Of a DNA stretch of 64,000 bases, positions 1 to 13,719 are shown piece by piece (position 1 is the stretch's first letter; each line of letters starts with the position of its first letter). The position numbers and the translations under genes were made by a program. The notes beneath the pieces were generated by a model that saw only the letters and a program-made list of their open reading frames with translations, was not told where the DNA came from and did no database searches. Source of the DNA: Lingula anatina (Eukaryota; Animalia; Brachiopoda); the NCBI GenBank assembly GCA_051362555.1, contig CM120641.1, positions 16,926,001-16,990,000 on the forward strand, read 5' to 3'.

Positions 1-613
1 TTATTTCATACTTCCCCAAAAAATTAATATTTCTGCTTTCTTTCTGTGCTATATATTTCCTGCAGCAGTCTCATTTGAATAATTAACTTCACCCGAATCT
101 ACATCCATACACTGGAGTGAGAGTGATTGTTAGGCAATGCGTCAGTTATGGGACTTTTATGAATTGGAGGGACAGATAATCAGAGAAAAAATCCGACCAG
201 AAATTTGAAGTTGCAGTTTTAAAGCTATAGTATGGCAGAATGAGGTTTAACACTTGGCATGTCAACTTAATTTAAGTTGTATAAGAAACTAATAGAAGTG
301 GTTTATATACATTACTGGGAATCCATTCTCTCTGTATATATAACTTTGAAGGGGAAAGTTAATAAGGTTAATGTTGTTGAATTTAAATTATTGTCACTGT
401 TAATTTCTTTCTTTTTTGGTTAACTTTATTAAAAGATAAAAGTTAAATGGAGATCAAACAAGATAGCCCAAAGTCAAGCACGATTTCCCTGGATCTGGAG
501 GAGAGAGTACAGAAATTAAGGCAGACTAGCAAGAGGGTCCCATTGGGGGGGGGGGGGGGATAGTATCACAGTTCGGGGAAATAAGATCAATTCACAAATT
601 ACTGTAAAAAACT

Positions 614-968
614 CAGACATGCTGAAAACTTTTCAGAATGGCCAGACATTTGGACCGGCAGTAATAGATTTTGCCGAATGGATTTTTGTCGGACCGAAAA
701 TCACCCTATTTGTTTGATACAGATACTACCGATATGATTAGGGTAGCTTACTTTGTTTGTGAATGTGATAGGTTTGAAATGGAAGGGAAAAACACTTTGG
801 GTTTTATATAATTTTATTAGTGAAGTATGTCGAATGATGACTGTAAATTCAAAATTGCTGCTCTTAAAACTCTTGTCGGTCCTTTGGACCGAACAAGTTC
901 AATTTTTTACAGGTCCAGACAAATTTTCCCGGTCATGACTGATCGGACCAACAGTTTCAGCATGTCTG
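614..968. mobile_element. MITE with CAG...CTG termini (hAT-like)
   Basis: TIR cagacatgctgaaa / tttcagcatgtctg; repeated subterminal ggaccg/cggtc motifs; aaaact occurs on both flanks. Confidence 0.6.
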
Positions 969-1500
969 AAAACTCACTTAATATCTCATTGAAAATACAG
1001 GAAATAGCAGTTGAAAATCACTGTCACAGAGTATATTAATGACTTCATTTCACAAATGACGAAGAGTTACGGGTACATAGTTCTATACAGATAATGTTAA
1101 ATGATGTGTGTTTCACGCCTTCTTGGGAAATGGAGAGTAGCTTTCACAGGTTAACAAAATACCCAATGGAACCCCCTAGCAAGTGCAGTATGGTAACAAA
1201 TAAAAGCATTTACCATTGGGTATCTTTCTGGTTGTGCTTTTCTCTGATGTTTTGTAGAATCAGTCTATTGCACAATATGCATTCACCATTTTGTGTTGCT
1301 TTCTATGAAAACCCCCTGTTCATAGGGTTTCTCCATTATTGATAAATAGTGAACGCTACATCGCATGGATTCTCAGTTTTTTTAATTGCTAAAAACATCA
1401 AGCAGTATTGACAGTTTCATATCAAAAAACCTTGGATGATCCTCATAATAATATTCAAATTTCTTTTTTATAATGTCAGAAAAATTTTATTTAAGATGTA

Positions 1501-1668
1501 CAGGGGCGGATTCAGGCCGTCTTCTGGGTCTTCTGGAAGACGGTCAGATTTTCAAGTTTATATTGACGGGTATTTAATTTTTTCTGTCGGAAGACGGTCA
1601 AAAGTTAAGGATGGATCAACAAAGAAAATTTGGAAGACCGTCAGAATATATCTTTGGATCCGCCCCTG
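1501..1668. mobile_element. Small MITE (CAGGGGCGGAT TIR); diverged copies at about 19996-20162 and 20743-20911
   Basis: caggggcggattca ... tggatccgcccctg; atgta on both flanks; the internal sequence recurs twice more in the window. Confidence 0.7.
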
Positions 1669-3923
1669 ATGTATGTTGTGTTTTTAGGTTAAAGGTTTTT
1701 CCATTTGAATATGAAATATTTTATGCACCTATTTACTTCAGAAATGAGAGGTTGTTTCAGTTTAATGCTATATGCCTATTACTTAATAGTAAGATGGTAG
1801 ATATTAATAATACAATACAATACTGTATATGCAATAGTCTGTATAATATGTATATAATGCAATATGATATTGGCAGAAATGCTGCAGGCAGTATCATGAT
1901 TTATTCCTTGTAATCATTATGTCCCAGATACCTGTGTATTTTGCCTCTAAGACAACAGGTGTGATTAAGAATATAATACTAGTAAGCCTGACAGAGTGAG
2001 AGTTAACAGACAGGGTGAGTAAGGACTCTTAGGAGACATTATTTTAATGTATAGCACACTAAGAGAACCTGTATATGCAAAGGTCAGGCAAAGTGGTAAT
2101 AAATGTGGCAGTAGCATCATTGCTACGTGTCCAGCTTTGCTTTAGGTCTGTGACAGCTGGGATTTATTTGAGAAATCAAGTGTTCTGGTTTATTTATACT
2201 TTGTAATAATTAAGAAGTCAGTATGACGTATTCAGAGGCTAGTATATTGAAGTACAGGGAGCGACAGAAACTCATAGACATGATAAAAAGGTAGGCTGTT
2301 ATGGTCAAGATTAAGTTAATATGGAAAACAACTCTCATTTTGAGGATTTGTTTCAAAGTGCCATTGAGTACTAGTTAATGTTTCTGAGTAATTTTTAATA
2401 TTTGCATTGAACAGTCTTGAGTTTTCATTGACTAAACGATGAGGCCATGAAAATAAATATGTATACAATTACAAAAAGGATCTGTTGACTTGATTGGCAG
2501 TATCTCATTCTCTGCTCCAAGAGATAATCAACTTTTAAAACCCCCTGTAAAGTAATTACTGTTTAGTGAAAGAGAGTTGAACGCAAATATGCGATTTTCA
2601 GAATAAATATTTTACTGATGTGCCACAAAAGCACTGATGTGTGTAGCTGTATCTGCCACGTTGCACACTATAAAGATTTTAAAGGCAGTTAAACATGAAA
2701 TACCACATAGAACCTGTAGCCTGCAGGTAAGGTTGATGTGTCTGCCGAAAGCATAATATTAGAAGTAATCTTATTCGTGACTAAAATATGTGTTGTTTAT
2801 ATATTTTTTTCAATGGAATTTTTTTTGAGCTATGATCTGAATTAAGTTTTTTAAGCAGATTGAGAAGAACTACCCTTTCTTCTTACTATTTTAGAAGTCT
2901 TGAACGCTTGGCAGATATACATTGCAGTGAATAGAAATATATACAAAAAAAAAAAAAAAAAAAAAAATGAAATGAGGGGCCTGTTTTGGACAATGAAAAA
3001 GTGGTGATTAGGAATTTATTATATTTATGGAAAGGTCTAACAAAAGGTTTTTTCCGCATTTTGTGCTACACAACAGATAAAGAAAAAGATTTATGTTTTC
3101 TTTTTGATAACTAAATACTTCAGCAAATTTTTAAGTGTGACAGGTGTTGTTTAGAAAACAAACTACAATGTACATAAAAGTTCTGTTGAAAGAAGGTTAC
3201 TTAATATCAACTATAGCTGTTCACAGTTGTGATTATAGAAGGCTGAAAAGACACCAAATGGCTGCAGCTGAGTAGACATCAGACGATGCTGATGTAAGGT
3301 TGACTTTGTGTAAGGGATACCGACAGTGCAAGAACCCTGCATTTAATTACTAGTGATAGGCTCATCAAATGATCTGATGGACCTATTTGAACATGCATAT
3401 AAACTTTATATTGTACAAACTTATTGGGTCATAGTCATTGTAAAGTGCACTAGTTTTGAAGTTTAGTAATTTAATTACCTGTAAAATTCCTTATTAATAT
3501 GCAAACACAAGGAAACATTGTTCAGTTCACATTAAACATGTATGGCTTATACAAAGGCCTGTTGTATCAGCTGTTGTTAATGTTCAGGTGAAAGACTTCT
3601 CTTGAGACCAATCCCATACTGTGCACTGGATGTACACTACAGAGATATTATCTTGCAAGGTTTCCAAGTGTTTTGCATTAGTGAAATAACACTTGAAAGA
3701 AGTGTGGGAAATGTTAATCTGTGGTTGTCTGATCTGCACTAGTACAGGAAAGAATTCTTGATACAAATCCAGAGGGAAGTTTAGCATAGAGCAGACAGAC
3801 GTTGGTCTGAGTACTGCTATGCCAATGAAACAGTAGTATAATCAAGTGCTTGAATGAAAAGAGAATAAGGAAGGAATTAAGATATATCTTGAACTAAGGT
3901 GCAGTGTTTTTATTTTCAGCACC

Positions 3924-4131
3924 ATGCTGGCGCTCGTGCTGGTCCTGTTCCTGGTGTATGTGCCTTCCTACATCCATGGCACAACCACAGATGAGAAGTC
4001 CTGGGTGGCAGAGCTCCAGGACATCTGGCTGGTACGTCTCTTCCTCAACTTACTGGGATATGCCTCAGTCTTCGTCCCTGCTGGACTGCTCATCAGATAT
4101 CTTCACAATAACAACTACAATGAGAAAATGG
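3924..4131 (+). CDS. SLC35B2: PAPS transporter 1, coding exon 1
   Basis: ttttcag acceptor then caccATG; WLVRLFLNLLGYASVFVPAGLLIRY matches the SLC35B2 N-terminus; G|GTGAGT donor (phase 1). Confidence 0.9.
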
Positions 4132-4735
4132 GTGAGTTTTTCCCCTTTTAAAATGCCAGGTTAAGTTTGTTTTTTTTTTTTTTTTTGTTTCACTAGGTGG
4201 AAATAAACCCTGTTTTCACCCAAGGTGCTGATAGTTTTGAACATTTTAGTGCTCGGTATGGGTGTAGATGTATTGTTTGTTGCCTTATCATAGTAGAATA
4301 ACACTTAAAGTAACATAACAAGCTTTTAAACTGAAAAAAAAAAGAAAGGTGGAATATGTAAATATGTAGCTACAAGTGTCCCTTACTGGGAAAACTTGAC
4401 AAACTTTCAAATTTATTGGTTGTTTGCTTTTGTTTTGATATTTTACTTCAAAAACAATTGTATTTACTGACATTTTTTTTTCTTTTTTTTTGCAAATTTT
4501 AGAGGTGAAGGCATTGTGTCAGTAATTTGATTACCTTTTAGGATCCCTTTTAAGTGTTTAGGGTTGATTAAACTACTGGTATTAGAGTGAAATGCCACGT
4601 TTTTGCCAAGTTATTTGTTCAGATACCAGCTGTGGAAATCACTAAAAAACACATGAGAACACATAATGTGAGTGCATTCACTTTACAAATATCTTTATCG
4701 TAATCAACGAATGACAAAATTTTATTTTTTTTCAG

Positions 4736-5844
4736 GTTATGGTTTGATCCCAAAGTGTATACGCATTTGCGTGTTTGGGTTGGAGTCAGAAAAGCCTAGC
4801 ATAGAAGAGGGCTCTATTAAAGCAGCGCCACCCCCAGTAAAAGAAAGAACATTCCAACAAAATTGTTTACTATTGACTTTTCTTGCTGTGGGTCTGCAGG
4901 CGTCGTACCTTACCTGGGGTATCCTACAGGAAAGAATCATGAAACATGCTTATGGGAGCAGCAAAGATGACCCAGGTGAAAAATTCAAGAATTCTCAGTT
5001 TCTCGTCTTTATGAATAGAATTTTAGCTCTGTGTGTGGCATGTGTGACTCTTTTGCTGACTTCATCACCAAGACACACTGCTCCACTGTACAAATATTCT
5101 TATAGTTCTTTCTCCAACATCATGAGTAGCTGGTTCCAATACGAAGCTCTCAAGTATGTAAGCTTCCCTACCCAAGTCCTGGGGAAAGCCTCCAAGATTA
5201 TTCCTGTGATGCTTATGGGTAAAATTGTTTCAAAGAAAACATACCAGTACTATGAGTACATTACTGCTGCATTAATCTCTGTAGGAGTGAGCATGTTTCT
5301 GTTGTCACGTGATGAAGAATCTGATAAAGCACATAGTTCAGTGACAACTTCATCTGGGATTATTCTCATGGTAGGCTACATGGCATTTGACAGTTTCACA
5401 TCCAACTGGCAGGGGGAGCTATTCAGTGCTTACAAGATGAACCCAATTCAAATGATGGCTGGAGTGAATCTCTTTTCTTGTTTATTGACATGTACTTCTC
5501 TTTTTGAACAAGGAGGATTTGTAGAATCTGTTAGCTTTATGTTAAGACATTCTCTTTTTGCATTCCATGTGCTTCTTTTATCCCTGTGTTCAGCAACAGG
5601 ACAACTGTTTATTTTTTATACCATAAGTAATTTTGGACCAGTGACCTTCACCATAATAATGACAGTGAGGCAAGGCTTAGCCATATTGCTGTCCTGTATA
5701 ATATACCACCATGCAGTGAGCCCTCTTGGAATCACAGGAGTGCTCATAGTTTTTGGTGCCATTTTCTTAAAGATATACTTGAACCAAAGAATGAAAGCCA
5801 AAAGGATTGCTTCAAATTCTACTGTGAATTCACAAAAAGTCTAA
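4736..5844 (+). CDS. SLC35B2: PAPS transporter 1, coding exon 2 (total about 438 aa)
   Basis: Nucleotide-sugar transporter motifs GLQASYLTWGILQERIM, SQFLVFMNRILA, SSWFQYEALKYVSFPTQVLGKASKIIPVMLMGK, FDSFTSNWQ; the ttcag acceptor keeps frame with exon 1. Confidence 0.95.
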
Positions 5845-7485
5845 GTATTAATTTCCTTCAGTCAGAATTCATATGTTTATTATTTGTTATCATTATTGAG
5901 CAGCACACAAATTTAAAGGTGTCAAGGCAGTAGATTGGACTTATTCCTTGGTGATACCAAGCTAACTGTCCGTTTAGTTCAGAAATTGAAATTGTTCTAA
6001 AATTATGCATGTTCCCACATTTTGACAGGGCCCAAAGTATGATAAAATAGCAGGGCTATATGGTCTGGTTTACAACCTTCTCAGCTTGGGATGTATGGCA
6101 ATTATCAAATTAATGATGTGATACAAAGTCAACCTTAATGATGTTATGAATAATGCATTAAGTACTGGGTATATTGTGTACTACTTATGAGTTGTCCAGT
6201 GTATGGGACATACAGGAGTGTAATTATATCAAGGCACAGCCGAAATATAATTGCACTTATGTCATTTGCACTTATGTCACGTACAGTGGACAGCGAGTAG
6301 TTGTAACTGACCAAGAAGTTATAACTTCTTGAATAAGCATTGTTTTACAATATGATCACTAGGTAAACAGTATAGTTCAAATTCTGGAAAAATTCTGGAA
6401 AGTTCTTCAAATTCTGAAAGAACTGTCATAGTTTTGAGTTTGTTATCTTGTTTGTAAATTGTAACATAAAATAATGTATAGACAATGTTATTTGCTTACA
6501 TGGGGTAAGTGTGGGTTATGCATCCTTAATAAGTTTTGTTGGTTTTTTTTTTTTCAGTCTATTTGTACTTAAATTGGGATTAACATTTAAATACCCTGGT
6601 AGTAGGCATGTCAATGTTACTATATATAAGGACTTCTTTGACTTGACCGACGATTCTCATGATTGGTAATCTCAAACAATGGTTTTAGGAAAGTGTGTAT
6701 TGGTGTTGGGCTAGATGTAGAAATCGTCATGTTTTCAGCTGAGTTTAAACTTTCAGTTCTATATTTTACTGATGATGACAGTAAATATTTTAACCTTGCA
6801 TTTCTAAATTTTTGACAATATGAAAATGAAAACGTCTGCAGTGGCTGCACACAGAAAAATTTTTTATGAATCTTACAGAATGCTTATAGCATTTATATTC
6901 TTAGATCTTGAATTTTACTTAAATGTTAAAACTGGCATTTAGTTTAGGGAGTAAGCTGTGCAGGACACATGCTTGAGAACACAGTGGATGGTAAGATTTT
7001 TTAAAATATAAAAGTATGTAGAAATATTGACAGCATTTTATTTCTACCCCATTATAAAGTGATTGGAATGAAATGTTGATGGGAATTGGGACATGGTATA
7101 TATTATATGTAAGCGAATACAAACTTGGTCAATAAAAACATACAAATTGGAAGTCTTCATATTTTGTTATTTTATAATATGTAACAATAAAAATAAAGAA
7201 TCTACAAGTGACACTGTCCAGAAAATGATAAGTGTAAGCATTCTTTCAGAGCTCTCATATCCCAAGTAAGCATATAATTGTAATCTAAAATGTCCATTTA
7301 TATCAGTAAAACACAGCACTCTGCTTCCTTCATTTGCTAATTACTAAATGAATCTAAAATAAGGATAGTGGTGGAGAGCCTGATCATGTATACTTCTCGT
7401 CCTTGATCTTATCACTTCACTCGATCCATCCACCAAGTCTGATTTTTAGTTTTTAGTTTCTTGGTCACAACAGTGAGTTGGATAA

Positions 7486-7647
7486 TTACTCCAAAGATGT
7501 GCCCGACTCGTCAACTTTTCTGAGGCATAACCACTTGATTGGGAACATGTCATCATCGCTTGTCACACCTGCATAGCTAATTCCTGGTATGTGACAATGA
7601 GCTGCATGCATTAGGGGCTTGGGCTGGACCTTACACAATGGCCTTAT
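7486..7647 (-). CDS. PRORP: PRORP-like, terminal coding exon
   Basis: Translates IRPLCKVQPKPLMHAAHCHIPG...PIKWLCLRKVDESGTSLE*, matching the PRORP C-terminal HIP...P.KWLCL zinc-ligand motif; the six exons sum to 1731 nt (576 aa). Confidence 0.85.
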   Translation of the reverse strand: MRPLCKVQPKPLMHAAHCHIPGISYAGVTSDDDMFPIKWLCLRKVDESGTSLE

Positions 7648-8021
7648 CTACAAACGTATCAAAGCACTCATGTTATATGGTAAAACAGATTTTCAGAAAC
7701 AATTAGCTTTTTAATTATTCAAATAGTGTCTATGGTAAGGGTAAAATAAATATACTTGTTTGGCAATGTAATTTCTTCACATAAGCCATCAGGACTGCAA
7801 CTAGGTGGACAAATATGTCCCACTTACTAAAATGCTACTTCTAATGTATATGAATTTATATTGAATTTTTATTTTATGAATATTTCTACAAAAATGTGTA
7901 AGATAGGCAAAATAGGAAAAGGAAGATGTGGAAAGTGTTAAATGGTGATGCAGTTCACAATTCATGTTTTGTACTTCCTTGCCCACAAAATGCAACTTAT
8001 ATCCCACGTCAATTCGTTTAC

Positions 8022-8199
8022 CTTGTAACCAGGGCCTTGAGTGTCATCATATATAAGCTGATGCTCAAAGCGCCACTTGTGAAACAATCTACCATTTGCA
8101 GAATATTCTAGGTCACCATGTGTTACATAACGGTCTTTGCTTAGAAAAGGGCACCTTTTCTTTATTGCTGCATACACAACACAGAGATCATCCTCTTCA
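8022..8199 (-). CDS. PRORP: PRORP-like, coding exon 5 (NYN catalytic region)
   Basis: EEDDLCVVYAA...LSKDRYVTH...LFHKWRFEHQL (cf. SEDDPFLLYA...TRDLMRDH...FFKWQQGHQL); AAG|gtaaac donor. Confidence 0.85.
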
Positions 8200-9728
8200 C
8201 TGAAAAGATAGGCCACCATGCAAATTTACTAATCAAAAAACTCACTACTATGATTTTTTTTATATCTTTGTCCCTTTAGATACCTAAATAATATTTGTTA
8301 TCAAGTAACTTACTTTCTAGGTCAAATAAAATTTTAAGTCAATCGTGATCACTGTTGAACAAGTAATAACCTGGTGAATATGATGACACAATCACTTTTT
8401 AACTTATATTACTCTAATCAAATTATTTTTGGCATTGGTGACAAAAATAATATTTCATATTATTATGATTATTATTTTATATGTACAGACAGATGTGTCT
8501 GTACATATAGCCATCACCTGCATCTATCGTCGCTGTTGTGCACTTTCACCAATAACATGATAAGTGGAAAACCCTTTAACCTTTTGGCTTGAAACTTAAA
8601 GAACTGGACTGGTTATGCAGGTCAAATTCGAAAATCAGCATGATCCGGCCATTTTCATAAAAGTTATGCTGTTTTTTCACTTTTTTTTTCAAGCATATAT
8701 GCACGTCGTCCCTGCGGGGGGACAGTCATTAAATCTCGGCTCCATTGGGACGACACATGGGGAGGCGTGTGAGAGGTGGAGAGATTATTAAAAGATTAGG
8801 CGGTTTTTCTTTCATGTACGTCCGCCATATTTAGTCCCCAGGAATTGTAAATCAACTCAACTTGTTGTGAATGCGATCTTAAAGGTCCAATTTGCTCCAC
8901 TCTGAGATTCTGAACATAGTGAATGATTGAATTTGACAAACTGCAATGATGTGAGTTTATTGCCATTTTTAATACTTTATTACAATACACAATAACAGGT
9001 TTACCATCATTTTATATAATCAACTAACAATATTGTTAAGATGCAGAAAATGTCAAAAGAACATTTTTGCATGACTAATTAGTTCAATAGTGACACTGTT
9101 AACATGAGTAAGAATAGAATCTGAGGAAAAACCACTTGTGTACGAAAAAAGGCATAACTTTATCAAAACTGAACCAATCAAGCTTATTTTTGAACTTGAC
9201 CTATAAATTTGTCCTATGAATCAGACATATGTATAAGTTCATAAGAATATTATATGGTTTTCATGTTATCTGTATAATGGTGGATTAAATATGCTGAAAA
9301 GTAGTGGAAAAACAGCATAACTTTTGTCAAAATGGTCCGATCAAGCTGATTTTCGAACTTGACACCTGTTTTTTTTTTTTTAGTAAGATTGATCACTCTT
9401 GTGAGTTAAAAAAAAAAAAGGTAAAGTAGTTTTCAACTTATCGTTTTATAAGTGATGCATGAATACTGAAAAAAAGCAAAAACAGCACAACTTTTGAAAA
9501 AATGGCCCAATCATGCTGATTTTCCAATTCGACCTGAATTTTATGAATATTTATGAATATTAATCAGTTCTGTAAATTTGAAACCAAAAGGTTAAACATT
9601 TTCCCACATATTGTGTTATTGGTGAAAGTGCATGGCGAGAGCGACGACAGACGCAGGTGACGGCTGTATGTACAAACACATCTGTGTCTGCACATAAAAA
9701 GACAGACAAAAACATTTAAAGTACAAAC

Positions 9729-9865
9729 CTCTTTGGTCTACTCTGGAATTGATAAACTTTAATACGTCTAGATATAATTGGAATTGACATCTGTACACCA
9801 ACAATGAACAGTATGTTTTTAAAGCCGTAATTTTCATGGAGTAGTTCTGTCATGCTGACCTTTGG
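9729..9865 (-). CDS. PRORP: PRORP-like, coding exon 4 (PKVSMTELLHENYGFKNILFIVG...QSRPK)
   Basis: Non-repetitive island among repeats; ttctttcag acceptor and AG|gtttgt donor; 137 nt bridges phase 0 to phase 2 exactly. Confidence 0.75.
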
Positions 9866-10291
9866 CTGAAAGAAAAATAACATAACAGAAGGTTATCATA
9901 TGCCCATAAATAGATCATCACAAAGCGAAAAAATAACATAACTTTTGGAAAAATGGTTTGTTTTGAGCTAATTTTCAGAAAAGTTGATCACTCCTTTGGG
10001 TTTCAAGACAAAAGGCCTATCAATTTTCCTTGAAATGTGCTATCATTATTGCATATATGCTGAAAAAAGTTTTGAAAAAATGGCCCTATCATGTTGACTC
10101 AACCATTATTTTATGAATATTAATTATTCCCATATTTGAACACGAAGGTAAAACGGTTTTCCAGTTATTGTGTTATCACTGAAAGTGCACAGCAAAGCCG
10201 GAGGTGAAGACAGGCATTCTGTGTCTGCATATAAAAAATTCATTAAAGGTGCTTAGTGCAAAATATAATAAATAATGATAATAATAATTAA

Positions 10292-12226
10292 ACAAGGCAG
10301 CAAAGCTGTCAAATGTACAGACAAAAAGAAGGAAAAAAACAAAATAGGGTACAGTCAATTCTGATGCAAAAGTACATTATGTTAAACTGCAAATTCAACA
10401 TCAAATTTTAATTATACTCAACAGGTAATTCCAATGTAAGTAAAATGTGTAACAAGCATAAGGCTTCAGCCCCATAGGAGTTCAAGTTCACACTCTGAAA
10501 ATGTATAACTTCCAGAAAAAGAAGTCAATTAGACTGCTTTTCCAACTCAGGCTGCATTTTAGTCCTGTATTTCTTTTTTAAAAGTTTGGCAATCATAAGT
10601 AACATGATTTTCCCATAATGGTTTTCATGGCAGCAGCACCCAAAATTGTGTGTTCTTCTATTCTGATGCAATATTACATAATGGTTAACAGCATAATGAC
10701 AATCAATTTTTAATAATAAAATAAAGGTTTCATGGATTTTCAGAAAATATGACTAGCATGGGTCTTCAAGCCTGTGGAACTTCAAAGTCACACCTTGAAA
10801 ATGCCAATATGTGAAAAATTAAACTTTCACAAAAAAAATGTTTAACCGGCAGAAAGAATTACCAAACAGATTGCATTGCCTACTGAAGCCTTATTTAAGT
10901 CCCATGTTTCTTTCTGTAAGTTTGAGAACAGTAAATGACATGGTTTTCCTTAAATGGTCATCATGGGAGCAGTGCCCAAAATAGGTTTATTTTCAAATTT
11001 TGATGCAATATTACATAATGTTTAACAGCATAATGATCATCAATTTTTAATAATATCATGTATATTCAGAAAATGTGACTAGCAAAGGTCTTCATGCCCA
11101 TGGAACTTCAAAGTGACACCTTGAATATGCCAAAATGTAAACTAGACAGCACTGTGCTGAAATGGGTTTATTTCCATTTTAACACTTTTTTAATATAAGA
11201 TGAAATAAACAGTTTACTGCCATTTTTATATGATCAACTAAGAAAATTAATGAGATGGGAAAAATATCAATAGAACTGTGTCAAATGTCCAATTTCCTCC
11301 ATTCTGACATTCTGAACATAGTAAATGATTGAATCTGACTGATATGAGTTTATTTCCATTTTTGACACTTTATTACACAATACACGATAACAAGTTTACC
11401 ATCATTTCTACATAATCAACTAACAATGTTGTAAAGATGTAGGAAATGTCAAACAAACACTTTTATGTGTCTTATTAATTAAATAATAAGACTGTTAACA
11501 TGTCTAAGAATTGAATTTGAGGAAATGTGAAAAAACAGCACGACTTCTAAAACAATGGCCCGATTATACTAATTTTCAAACTCAACCTGCATTTTAGTAA
11601 GATTGACCACTCCTGTGAGTTTAATGACAATTGGTCTATCTGTTTTTCTTATATTCTGTTTACAGTGTTGCATATATGCTAAAAAGTGAAAAAACAGCAT
11701 AACTACTAAAACAATGGCCCGATTATACTAATTTTCAAACTCAACCTGCATTTTAGTAAGATTGACCACTCCTGTGAGTTTAATGACAATTGGTCTATCT
11801 GTTTTTCTTATATTCTGTTTACAGTGTTGCATATATGCTAAAAAGTGAAAAAACAGCATAACTACTAAAATAGTGGCCCGATCATGCCGATTTTCGAACT
11901 TGACCTGCGTTTTAGTAAGATTGATTACTCCTGTGAGTTTCATGACAACAGGCCTATCGGTTTTCCTTAAAATGTGTTAACAGGGTTGCATATATGCTGA
12001 AAAGTGAAAAAACAGCATAACTTCTACAATAATGGCCCGATCATGCTGATTTTCGAACTTGACCTGTGTTTTATGAATATTCATCAGCTCTGTAAATATA
12101 AAGCCAAAAAGTAAAACTGCCCTCCACTTATCGTGTTAACGAGGAAAGTGCACGGCGCCGGCATCGGCGACGACAGACGCAGGTGATGGCAATATGTACA
12201 GACACTACTGTGTCTGTACATAAAAA
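10292..12226 (-). mobile_element. HINE/Helentron-like non-autonomous element, family A
   Basis: 5' T-run plus tgtacagacac..gtgtctgtaca hairpin, (cgt/cgc) microsatellite, 120-140 bp internal tandem repeats, 3' gtctgtaca sub-TIR plus cagctttgctg hairpin. Confidence 0.65.
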
Positions 12227-12407
12227 GAAACTCTTACTTAAAACATTTTCCTGGGTTAATGGCAATTTACCCTAAAGAACCAGTCCTTTTATCAAATAAT
12301 GATTCCTAGTAAAATTGATACATGGGTCAAATAGCACAGTAACAACAGATATTAGTGATGGCTTCATGCCCAGACATAAGTGTCTGACCATTAAAAAACT
12401 TGATTCA

Positions 12408-13538
12408 ACTAGAGGATCAGAGAGGCCATACCGCCTCCAGATTTTGTACCACCAGCAGGAGTAAGCGCATTAATATCAAAAACAAAAAAGAGACACCATC
12501 TCCAGTGTTGTGCTTGACAAGCTCTACAAAATGCAATAAATAAAAGTTCTCAATTTTTTTGCAGAAAATTACAATTTATAACAAAACTGTGGGGAAAACT
12601 AAAAGGTCAAATCCAAGGTTACAGTAAAATTGTGAATATAAGACTTCCCATCCAAGTTCAATAGAAAATTTGGGAGTCTGAAAATGTCCCAGGTGCGTTT
12701 CATGGTAAAATTAGGTTCAAATTCAAGGTCACAGTAAGATTATATATTTGTATATATATGACTTATCATTCAAGCTCAATAGTAACTATGGGTGTATCTC
12801 TGCCAGTTTTGGAGATATAAGGGCCAGAATATTTGCAAAGTGCAGTTCATCATGAAAAGTAGGTCAAAGGTCAATTTCATGGTCACAGATTGCCATACCA
12901 TCACGTGACTTCCTATTCAAGTTCAATAGTAACTATGGGCATATCTCTGCCAGTTTTGGAGATATAAGGGCCTAAAAATTTGCAATGTTCATGGTGAAAA
13001 GTAAGTCAAACATCAATTTCAAGGTTTCAGTTAGATTGCCAGTATATGACTTCACATTAAAGTTCAATTGTAACTATGGACTTATATCTGCTAATTTTGG
13101 AGTATTTCACATTTTATTTTTCATCACTGAATATTGCAATGTTATTTTTCTTGATATAGTGCAATTTCTTAACTGTACGGAAAAAATTGGAACAAACAGA
13201 AAGTATAAAGTTTTCAGTTTCGGAATCAAATGAATGCTTTTCCCATGAAAATGTATTGATTGACCCCAAACTCCTGAAGATAAAATCAGTCCTTAATTGT
13301 AACCCCTCACTTTAATATGAGAGCTTAGGCCAGTGTAGTTTCTGAAAATTGGCATAAATAATTTTTTTTTTTTTTTTTTGCAGAAAATTCCCATTTTTAG
13401 AAAATTAGAAATTTTCCCTAATGCCTTCTGTTTTAGAGATGTTTAGCATTTCACTCTCAAAAATTTTGGCAAGGATGCATTTCAACGAGCATCACGCCTT
13501 GGACAATGCACTGACCGGGACCCCCCCCCCCCCCCCCC

Positions 13539-13575
<37 letters not shown>

Positions 13576-13719
13576 AGGGAGTTTAAGATGAGATTATATT
13601 GTATGTGACATAAATCCAAGAGATGGGGATACAAGCCCTTGTGCTCTAGGAGGAGACGCAGTAATGGTGACTTGTTTCTGGCACCAGACTACGGAGCCAG
13701 CATATGCTGGTGGTACTAA
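12408..13719 (-). mobile_element. Helitron/HINE-like non-autonomous element, family B
   Basis: Sub-TIR gtaccaccagc at both ends, internal tandem repeats of about 120 bp, 3' hairpin and terminal CTAG. Confidence 0.6.

Noticed and set aside
4672-4735. 5' extension of the 390-aa SLC35B2 ORF
   Set aside because: Intronic; precedes the polypyrimidine-AG acceptor at 4735.
7962-8021. ORF-track C-terminus VNELTWDISCILWARKYKT of the PRORP exon
   Set aside because: Read-through into the intron; the real C-terminus is the exon at 7486-7647.
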